Source of the DNA: Orbicella franksi
Taxonomy: Eukaryota
NCBI GenBank assembly: GCA_964199315.1
Contig: OZ116702.1
Coordinates: 33,108,001-33,172,000 of the forward strand
DNA length: 64,000 bases
Direction: 5' to 3'
The notes beneath the pieces are model-generated. The model was given only the letters and a program-made list of their open reading frames with translations. It searched no databases and was not told where the DNA came from. Shown one piece after another: positions 34,642 to 47,933 of the stretch (within the stretch, counting starts at the first letter, position 1; every line of letters begins with the position of its first letter). Position numbers and translations under genes: made by a program.

Positions 34642-37014
34642 AGTCGTTAAGTTTCTTTTTCTGCTCTTGTGCTCACAAATTAAATAAGTCTTCTTCTGGT
34701 TTGTTAACTTAAGTAACGTCACTCTGTTTATATTCTACTGAAGGCGGGATAATTGTTTGGATTGATCTCGTCATTCGGAAGAAAGTAATTAACGAATAGG
34801 AAACGTCTGACAAAGTTAAGCGGAAGTTTTTTTTCCACTCTTCTGACCATCTACAGTGTATTTAAGAGACCTATCAGCTTGTAACACAAATTGCTTTTCT
34901 TTTCATATCTTAACATCAACCAAACTGTCAGCAGACAGTGTTCTGAAATGTCACTGCTGCGCCAGATAAAGTAGCTACTACTGGGTGGGTTGTTTTTCAG
35001 TTCGGCTTGAAGCATGATAAACAGTCATTCTTCTTCCTGTTATTCATTTGTCTGAATCAAATTTTCCATTAAGACGAGGCAGGGAGAACATAGGATGTTT
35101 AACGTTACAATTCTAACGTCATTCAAGGTCAATAAAATTATCCTGATGTCCTAGCAGCGACTGCCTTTTTTCAGAGTGTTAATTTAAAATTTTAATGTTC
35201 AATATAATGACAGCGTAATCCACCTTTCAACGGTTGCCGCGCAAATGTGTTATGAGTTTGCTTTGCAGAGTCATGACGTTTTCTCGAGAATCCAAATCAG
35301 TTTTTTAGCAAACTAGAGACTCGTAGTATATAAACCATTTGTACATATCATATGATTTTTTAAATTGAACGCCTTGAAGATTTTATTTTAGAAACTGAAT
35401 TTTATTTATGAAACATGGGAGTGCTTGTTTAAATAATGTTTGCACCTGGACAGCGTGTGAGTAATAGGAAGCAATGGCGATAAACATCGGGAGTGGTTGT
35501 ACAATTTGTTCTTTTCCTATCCTTTTAAACCCTATCGTTTTTAGACTATTTACTCCCTATCACTGCTATCATTTTCTTATTTATAAATTTCCTCTCAATC
35601 TTCTGACCCATGTCTCTCTGTAGGATCACGCACTAAAACAGTCTAATAATTAATATGTGAGTTAATCCGAGTGTTCGACTCTGCCAGAGGCAAACTAGAA
35701 GGATGAGGTTTAGTAAAGACGTCTGCTTATTCAAATACAAACATGGTAAGGCACCACTGGAGTCAAGTGAAGACGATAATATAAACGTGTGTTTGAATGT
35801 TTTATTGTTTTGTTGAATAACTAGTCCAGGAATTATAGGATAAAATTTCGGTGACGAAGGGAAGCAGGGTTTGGGGGATACTTGGGGGCAATCGAATGGC
35901 CAGAATTTTCTTACCCCAAAAATCCCGAAAATGTGCAATCCCACTTTAATAAGTCTACTGAAAAGGTAATCCCAATATAGTCAAGGCAGTTGTGAAAACC
36001 TGGACGCCATCCAGTGGCACTGCATCCCCATTAGACTATCACTAGGAAGTATTCATTCCCCCCCTCCCCATCCAGTCCCGTCCGATAAATCAAGGATTGG
36101 AAAAGGGCAAATTAAACAATTTCCCCTACCGAGAATTTTCTTTTGTTTATCGCCATTGCTTTCGTTATTATTCATTAGCTGTACAGGTTTAAACATCATT
36201 TAAGCAATCATTCTCATATCTATAACAAAATTCAGTATCTAAAATATAATCCTCAAGACAGCATATGCTATGTACAACATGGTTTATACTCTAGGAGTCT
36301 TTTTGATGAACGACTGAATTGGAATCTCGAGAAACCTTCATGACTATGGAAACTAAACTCATAACTCATTTGCGCGGCAGCCGTTGACAGGCAGTTTACG
36401 CTGTCACTGTATTAGACATGATTTAGACATTTTCTTAATTTAAAATGTGACAGGCAACATTACGGCATCAAAACTGATGAATTCTTAACTGAGCTCGGAT
36501 TGTGGCGTTGAACATTCTGTGTTCTCACTGACTCGTCTTGTGATGCACGACCAACAAATAACAAGAACAAGAAAAGTTAACGACTCTTTGCCATGTTTCA
36601 AGCCGAGCTATAAATCAACCCAGCCACCTGTCGCTACTTCAATTCATCTGGCGCAGCAGTGACATTTTCGAACACTGTCTGCTGACAGTTTACGTCCTGA
36701 TGTTAAGATATGAAATGAAAAACAATTTCTGGCGCTAGCTGATAGGCCAGGTATTTTTTGTTAGGCTGCATACAAATTAGGAAACCCTAATTATTGTTGC
36801 AGGTAGACGGTGGAAAGCCAAAACACAGATCTGCCTATCATCATTTAACTTGTTGTGAAAATTTTATTTTACGCTAATTACTTTCACGCTAAAGAGGACA
36901 TCAAAACAGCAATTACACTGCCTTAGAGGTGGAACATAAATAGAGTGACGTTACCAAGTGAAGACCACCATGAAAAGATGTGCGCATAAGAGTGAAAAAA
37001 GAAACTGAACGACC

Positions 37015-37998
37015 ATGCCAGAAAACTTGAACACAACCATGAATGGAACACAGCCATCGAGCTGCCCCAGCAATCCTACAGCAGAAACAATCGGAAAAAC
37101 CGTCGCTTACTGCCTGATTTTTCTTGTCTCGCTGGCTGGGAACACCGTCATCGGAATAATTGTCTACAAGAAGAAAACCATGAGAAAACCCATCAACTTC
37201 TTAATCGTAAACATGGCCATGTCCGATATGACATATCCGATTTTCTTAATCCCTCATCAGATACAAAAGCTCTACATAGACTCCTGGCTGATCGGTGGTC
37301 CTCTTGGCCAGGCCTTGTGTAAGCTTGTTTACTCGTTATCAGATGTATCCTACATTGTGTCTATTCAGAGCCTGGTTCTGATAGCAGTGGATCGATTTGG
37401 AGCTGTGGTATATCCCCTCCGTTCCCCACTCATCAGTTCAAAGCTGTGCCCATTCTTAATTCTCGCCACTTGGATCGTCGCGTTCGCTTCCCAGTTCCCA
37501 TATCCCGTCGCCATGCAGCTTTTGGAATCTCCAGAAGGGTTGTCGTGTGCACTGCATTGGAAAGAAGCCTTTGGAGAGTCCTCATTCCAGGAGAATTACT
37601 TCGTGGCCATCACTGCTGTATTCGTTTTCATCCCGTTGGTGTTGATAGCCACACTTTACATTAGCATCTATATAAAGCTCAAATCCCAAAAGATTCCAGG
37701 CGAGCAATCGGCCAACGCTGGACAACAACGCCAGCAAAGGGAACGAAATGTGTTAAAGTTGGCTCTTGCTATTGTGTTAGGGTTTGCAGTATCGCTGGTG
37801 CCCGCCGCTATCGGCCTGCTACTACTCTACTTTGGATCGGACATCGTGATAAGCTCTTGTGGCTACCGATACTTTATGATCGTTGCCTTTTTTATGGGTG
37901 ACGCATATTGTGCAACAAATCCTTGCATCTGTTTCATTTTCGGTAGAAATTATCGTGAAGGACTTAAGACTCTCCTTGGATCGATGAATGATATTTGA
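37015..37998 (+). CDS. Intronless class A GPCR copy 7, 327 aa
   Basis: Intact ORF; GNTV, NMAMSD, VDRF, SLVP (W6.48 absent), NPCIC; short C-terminus GLKTLLGSMNDI. Confidence 0.93.
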   Translation: MPENLNTTMNGTQPSSCPSNPTAETIGKTVAYCLIFLVSLAGNTVIGIIVYKKKTMRKPINFLIVNMAMSDMTYPIFLIPHQIQKLYIDSWLIGGPLGQALCKLVYSLSDVSYIVSIQSLVLIAVDRFGAVVYPLRSPLISSKLCPFLILATWIVAFASQFPYPVAMQLLESPEGLSCALHWKEAFGESSFQENYFVAITAVFVFIPLVLIATLYISIYIKLKSQKIPGEQSANAGQQRQQRERNVLKLALAIVLGFAVSLVPAAIGLLLLYFGSDIVISSCGYRYFMIVAFFMGDAYCATNPCICFIFGRNYREGLKTLLGSMNDI

Positions 37999-38959
37999 GC
38001 AGCGCAGAAACTGATGATATTTAATTTCTGTGAAGTTGAAAGGGTCAGTCGACCGGAAGCGTTTAAAAATGTTAATTTAAAATTGCTCAACATTTCAGTT
38101 CAACGCATTCTAAAGAACCTTAGAAGAACGGTTTAAAACACTTCCTTTATTTCTTTAGACATTGAGCTTAGGGTTACTTTGTAGTCCCGTTTTTCATAAT
38201 TCATCTCAATTTCATTGAAACAAATGAAACGCCCTCGTCGCTCTTTCACTCGTGTTGCCACCGTTCTCTATGAATGGCTAGTACTGTACAATATTTATAA
38301 GCTGCATAGGAGTAGCAAACAACCCAGGTCTGCACCTAATTCTCAAGACAGGGTAGCATATCTTTTCAAAGTTGTAGAATACTAATTTTTTTACGATATG
38401 TAGATCTCCATAATTATCATAATCCTATCATAGTTACATGCTTGTGTCAGCGGACTTTCTAACGCATATATAACATGACGTACCTACCATATGAGGTAGA
38501 ACGTCCGCTGACATAATTGAATTATGTATTTCGAATCGTTCGTCAGTTAGTCTTTACCGTTAGCGGAGTCAATAAAGCTTCGAAACATTATTATTCAATG
38601 GCACGATCTAAGTGGATTGTTGGAATGGGAAAAACACTTGCAGGGTGTCATCACGTGCAGTGTCCTGAATCTTTGGCCAACTGAGAAAATTTCCATCTAA
38701 GACACGTACCTCTGTACTATAGATTATCAATGTAATATGTTCATCAGCTGTTCATTTATAAGCGCAATATCTGAATGGAAAGTCTGAACAGGAAGCTTCT
38801 ATCAATCACTTGCATGTTTAGTCACTGACGTGCACTGTCCGAAAGCTTCCACCAGCTGAGGAAGTTTCAATTCCTTGGTTAACCATGCTCTAGAAATTTA
38901 TCAGATGGCCTGAGCTCGCACTTTCCTTCGTCTCCGATAAATCAGGTCAGGCTGGCCTT

Positions 38960-40060
38960 TGGTATGTCCCTTCAACATGGCCTTACGACTGAGAAGAATT
39001 TGTTCAACAGATGAGAACTCACCTTATTGAGAGAGGATATGATCTTCGGCTTCGTTAAAGACGAAATAGAAAAAGTACGTCAGATTCCTCCCAGTAGAGC
39101 ACTCGAAACATCCATCAAAAAAGAGTCCCACAGAATTCCATTTGCAGTAACATTTAATCCAGCCCTACCGAATATACGTCAAGTCATTTCCAGCAGCCTT
39201 AACATTGTTCGTTCTTCACAGCGATGCCTAGCAGCATTTTCTTCTTTTCCTCGTATATCATACCGCCGTTGCAAAAACCTACGTGACTTACTGATCAGGG
39301 CCAAACACCGCAGACAACCCCAGCCCCCTCCCCCTCCCCCCCGGTTCCGGGAGCTTTCCGTTGTCACAGAGATAGGTGAAAAACGTGTCCTTTCATTACT
39401 GAGGGAACCACGTCTTACACTTTTTTCTCTACCAACGAACAAAGACGTATACCGTGACATCACATCACCTACTCTTCCTCTAATCTCGTTTGTATGATAT
39501 AGTGCAACAAATGCAACGTTCAATGCATAGGCGAGACTGAACGACATCTCAGCGCAGTCTCAGCGACAGATTTGGTGAGCACAGACGGGCAATCGAAAAA
39601 GCCATCGTACAAAGACACCTTGATCAAACCACCGCCGTTTTAGATCACTTTACCCTTCCTGCCCATTGTATGGACAACATAGAACTCGTTCCTCTCAAAC
39701 TCATCAACTCAAATAAGGACGCTATTCGCAAGGCAAGAGTAGTATTTCTGATGTCCAAGGGCAAGACCCTTGAACCTTCTGGGTTAAACAGGCGTGACGA
39801 AATTTAACCTATACTATTTTGTTTTTTATGTATCCGCTGTAGTACACGTTTCATTTTTCTCTATTTTTCTCAACTGATCATGTCACATATTTCCTTAAGT
39901 ACCATTTAAAATTTTGTAACCGTTTTATCCATATCTACTTAGCTTCAGTGTAGCCCCTGAAGAGAATAGTCCTGTCTAACCGAAATATTGGGCATTAAAT
40001 TTATACCCTTTTCAGCCGTCCGGTCAGCCTTTCAATTGGTTTTAATACGTTATTTTATTA
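38960..40060 (+). mobile_element. 5'-truncated, degraded Penelope-like retroelement (RT C-terminus/linker + GIY-YIG endonuclease remnant)
   Basis: VPFNMALRLRRICSTDE (38964 onward), RIPFAVTFNPALPNI...SYRRCKNLRDLLIRAK (ORF 39027-39497), then NLVCMI*CNKCNVQCIGETER and DRFGEHRRAIEKA across frameshifts and stops; hammerhead-like motif near the 3' end. Confidence 0.88.
39953..39993 (+). ncRNA. Degenerate minimal hammerhead ribozyme motif
   Basis: GCCC-CTGAAGA-gaatagtcctgtctaacc-GAAA-TATT-GGGC: helix I and core intact, helix II only partly paired. Confidence 0.55.
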
Positions 40061-40144
40061 AACTGCTGATCCTGATGTAAACCAAGATCCGGCTTCATTC
40101 CGCTGCTGTTTGTACAAGTGGTCCTTGCATTACAGTTTGGCCTT

Positions 40145-41000
40145 TAGTGGAATAATATATAGATTTAGCCAAGCCTAAAAGCGAAGCTTCTGATAACAAT
40201 AAGCTAACCATAAAGGAAAAGGGAGAGAAAGTCAAAAAACGATCAATTGTGAGCATGTTAATTGTCGAGCGTGTGGTTTTGCCACCCTTTCTAGTTACCT
40301 TAACAAACTATACCCAATAAGCGTACCCAATTTTCCCAAGAATGAAGAAAATAGCATACGCAATATTCCAAGAGACGATTGTGCAAGGAATACCTTGGAA
40401 CAAAAGTCAACAACGCACCAGGGGTTCATTCTCGCCGAAATTTTGTCTTTTTGCTCGTACCCTGTCCTTCTTCCCTAGAGTAATAACTTAGCTGGAGCTT
40501 GCGATTCAATCGAAAACCAATACCTGGGCAGCCGTCAACTTTAAAGAAATATGCGACCTTGATAAGCTCTACACCAGAGCCCGCGATAGGGTCACGTGAT
40601 ACTGGGTCAGTGGATACCTTATTTTGACAGCTGTCAATAAACCATAACATGGATGTCTAATATCAAAGATGTACCTATGGCAATGGTGCTACTCTCTGAG
40701 TATGGGGCTGAGCTGACCTACGCGCAGTGCAAGTGGCCACGGGCGTTCGTACGGACAGTCACATGAAAATCACAATTTTTAGATCGCTGGATTACCAGAT
40801 TTTCTAGGGTATGGGGCTCCGTTCCGCCATTAATGGAGTGTCGCTTACTTGTCCACCTCTGTTAAGTGGCGCAGCCACCTTTTCATCCCGACGAGAGTTT
40901 TCTTTCGTCCTTTCCCCTATTTTAAAAGCTGGCTTTGCTTTGGAAAAGCCTATGACAGATAAGCTAGAGTCCGAAATAGAAGGTGATCACTGATAAGAAC
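40145..41000. mobile_element. Interspersed repeat cluster (non-autonomous element fragments)
   Basis: Non-coding block starting aatatatagatttagccaagcctaaaagcga; resembles coral interspersed repeats from recollection only, boundaries approximate. Confidence 0.35.
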
Positions 41001-41805
41001 GTTCAAACACACGTTGCTTATTGTCTTCACGTGATGTTGCCTTTTGAAGGCATGCTGGTAAGTGGAGAAATTGACGTTTCTATTGAGCCTCGTGCTAATT
41101 CCCACGCACCCCTATATTCTATTAAGTGACAACCTCCCATTTCCTCAACCTCGTTCTCAGGCTCTCCCTCCTCTGCCTTAAGGGAAGCAAAGGAGAGAGC
41201 CTGGGAATGAGGTTGTCATTTCCGAATGCGGATCCTTCTTAACTACAGAGTTAGAGCAGTTACTGAGGGATTGCAGAGGGCGATATTAAGATGAAGGCTA
41301 TTTTGGAGCATTCCGCAGTGCTAAATGATGAATTTTACACCAGGGAAAGGTTGCTTTGAAATGCGCAACTAGTGTCAGTAACTGACACTAGCTGTCACTA
41401 ACTGTCAGCAACTGACACTAGTTGCATGCGCAACTAGTGTCAGTTCCAAACCGCACAAACTTAACTTACTTTATACGTACGCATGGAATTGCTGTTTACA
41501 CGTAAAAAAGGAACGCTACTGTAGAAAGTCTGTTAATACCAGTGTTTATAACCTCACAACTTTTGTGATAATACGAGTTTCTTAAAACCCATACTAGTAT
41601 TAAGCACGTGGACGTCCTTAATCTATTGACACTGATTTAAAGTTTCGGAATTAGATCCCTTTTAAGTTTTAGAGATTTTTCTATTTTGGTCACGTGACTG
41701 GTCAAATATGGCCATCATTTGAAACTTTTTCAGGACTCCTTAATGTAACAAACCCGTGCAAAGAGCTTATTCTCAGGTGGTGTGGTTTCAAAATATGAAG
41801 GTTAA

Positions 41806-41867
41806 AAACCTTCCTTAGCAACAAATTCATGACCAATTGGTCATGAATTTGTTGCTAAGGAAGGTTT
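41806..41867. repeat. Perfect 62-bp palindrome with no spacer
   Basis: aaaccttccttagcaacaaattcatgaccaa|ttggtcatgaatttgttgctaaggaaggttt; 31/31 pairs checked. Confidence 0.95.
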
Positions 41868-43128
41868 CTCGGACACAGGGATGAATGGCACACATTAATT
41901 TTAACTATGAGGCTGCTTTTGTGCGTAGAGGAAAGGATAAATAGGAAAATGAGAGCAGTTGTAAGGAATAACTAGTCTATGAATCATAGGCTGATGGGAA
42001 TAAACCGATAATAAATAAATGAAACAACTTCCCCCTGCCGGAAATCACTAACAAGATGCTGAGATATGATAGATGATTGATATATAACCAACCTCGCCAA
42101 GATTTTGGTGTGGTTATTCATTCGCGCGTTATTCAAAGAAGTTTTTCACCAAATTTATAGAGCTTTGTATAAAGAAGCCACGTTTGGACCAATAAAATTA
42201 TGACAAAAAATGTCGATAAACAATCGATCAGAGTTCTAATTTACTCTTGCCCTTTGGCACGCGACATGGGCGTGCGCTTAAATAAAAGGCGTGCGAAGTC
42301 CAATTCTCGTCCAAGGTTGTAAAAGCTAGTTTTTGATTCAAGACTGCTCGAAAACCTATCGTACAACCCATGAGGAAATTTTCACAGTTGATATGTAGGG
42401 GTGAATCGCGTTTAAAGCCAAAATTTTAAAAAAATCTGAATCAGATTTTGAGCTAGTTTCGAAATAGGCAAAATTTCACATTTTCTTAGTTTGCGAAGAA
42501 TTTGTCTTACAGATTTCTATATTACTTTTCGTGGATGTTCAATCACAGCCAATTTCTAATTCCTGAAATTTTAAGGTGGGGTCATACGGACAGATTTTGA
42601 GAAAAACGTCATTAAACCCACTAGTGCCCAGTCTCTCCTTAGGCACTCAGTCTGTCATTTTGGCCATTTATTTAGTTTTAAATTGTTTACATTTCACATA
42701 ATGGTAAGAAAAAGAGAAAGGAAAGAGAGAAAGAGAAAGGAAAAACAACGTGGAACGTTTTTCAAGACTTGAAAGTTGTGCTTCTGTACTCCATCAAAAC
42801 TGTAGTAAGCTACCTAAGGTGCACCTGATAATAATTTTCAATACTTTCCAGCAGTTACACTTTGACAGGTCAATACTTCTGCAACTTATCAAGCGATGTT
42901 ACAATGTTGGTATCACACGGTCATTAGTCAACAAGTTGCGGTCATCTTCATGGCACAAAAGGTTACCATATCCAGTATTCTTAAAAACACTTAAAAACAC
43001 AAAAACGGCTCGGTGAAACCAATGTTTTATCGAAATGCGATAAGCATGTTTAAGAAAAAACTTTTTGCAAAGTTTAAAAAATTCTGTAGGTAGGATTCAG
43101 AGGCAGTTTCGAATTTTAGAAAGCCCAG

Positions 43129-44141
43129 TTAAGCAATACAACATGGTGATTCTTACATTAGAAAAGTTTGATAGTTGAGAAGACTGTATGCTGTAAAAGC
43201 CTACTTAAGCAATACAACATGGTGATCTGTTTACATTAGAAAAGTTTGATAGTTGAGAAGACTGTATGCTGTAAAAGCCCACTTAACCCTTTGAATACCA
43301 AACTTTTGCCAAAAAATACCGTTTTTAACCGTTTAGTCAGGTTTTTTAGCTGCCATGACGCTAAATAAGCCTAAGTTGTGCTAAAAAAGCTTTTTTTTCC
43401 TAAAAGGATAGCTTTTTCGAGGATTAGGTACAAAATTGAGCAGAACTTCAATTACGGGCATGCGCATAAGCCAAAATTTTTTTTTTTTTTTTTTTGCCAT
43501 TAACCGTTCTCAATTTCGTTTGTTGGCCCTTTCCTTTCTGTTTTTCTCTGCCCTTTTACACTGGCTACCTTTTGCATTGTATGTTCTTTCTGGCTGCAGT
43601 GAAAAGTTGGATGTTAATTACGGGCGAAGCGTAGAAATGGACCTTGATCAATCATAGGCGTAGTGGACCATTTTACCGCCGTTCTTGCACCAAAACTGAT
43701 AACCTTGTTTTTCGATTTGCGACGTCGGAATGTCGTCGATATCTAAACCTGACCATTGTGCGGAAAGGGCTAGCCTAGCACTACTATCAGCTTATCAAGA
43801 ATATCTGATGACGTTTAAATCGATGACGTCACAAGTGGTACAAAGAGCACGACCATTAATTACGCATATATGCGTAGTTGGTATTCAAAGGGTTAAGCAA
43901 TACAACATGGTGATCTTTACATGAGAAAAGTTTGATATTTGAGGAGACTGTATGCTTTAAAAGCCCACTTAAGCAATACAACATGGTGATCTTTACATTA
44001 GGAAAGACTGATAGTTGAGGAGACTGTATGCTTTAAAAGCCCACTTAAGCAATACAACATGGTGATCTTTACATTAGGAAAGACTGATAGTCGAGGAGAC
44101 TGTATGCTTTAAAAGCCCACTTAAGCAATACAACATGGTGA
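43129..44141. repeat. 76-bp minisatellite (5 full units + partial) interrupted by a piggyBac-type MITE
   Basis: Unit ttaagcaatacaacatggtgatctttacattag...gactgtatgct(g/t)taaaagcccac starts at 43129, 43205, 43893, 43969, 44045 and (partial) 44121. Confidence 0.93.
43287..43892. mobile_element. piggyBac-type MITE, 606 bp
   Basis: TTAA TSD (43283-43286, 43893-43896); perfect 15-bp TIR CCCTTTGAATACCAA; no transposase ORF. Confidence 0.92.
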
Positions 44142-44658
44142 CACACACGCTTGGCTCCAAACTGACCAAACACACGCTTCCAGTTGAATCACTCTTGCAA
44201 ACATGTGCCCACAAATTCAAAACATCTCACTTCAACCACCCCTCTTCTGTCCTTGATAATGATAGTTACTTGGTTATCAACTTGGGGGCTGAATGCCCAG
44301 GTATCCCCGTGCCGCACCCCTTACCTATTTTCCTCTCATCATTTTTCGTGCTGCTTTTCAACTAACTGAATACCTACAAGAGGCTAATTAAAACACTATG
44401 TCCTGTGCTGATACTGCGAAGAGAGATTTAATGAAAGAGATATGTTATCTTTACAACTATTATTGCAATTAAAGCAACAAGTACCAGGCGGTCGACAACT
44501 GAGATTTCTACTCATACAAGTGAAGCAAAGTATATATAAAAAAATAAATTTAATACAACTCTTGCAACTAGCAAATCGTATGGTTACGAGTCTCACATTA
44601 ACAGGAAACAGTTTTGATAAGTCAGAGAAGTTTATTGTTAACACATGTTCTGTACATT

Positions 44659-47913
<3,255 letters not shown>

Positions 47914-47920
47914 GTTGGAT

Positions 47921-47933
47921 AGAAAAAGAGGAA
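47921..47933 (-). promoter_or_regulatory. Candidate 5'-terminal oligopyrimidine (TOP) tract of RPL23
   Basis: TTCCTCTTTTTCT ends 7 nt upstream of the ATG, the usual position for ribosomal protein mRNA start sites. Confidence 0.6.

Noticed and set aside
43129-44141. Regularly spaced repeats resembling a CRISPR array
   Set aside because: Units are contiguous 76-bp tandem copies with no unique spacers, there are no cas genes, and the context is eukaryotic.
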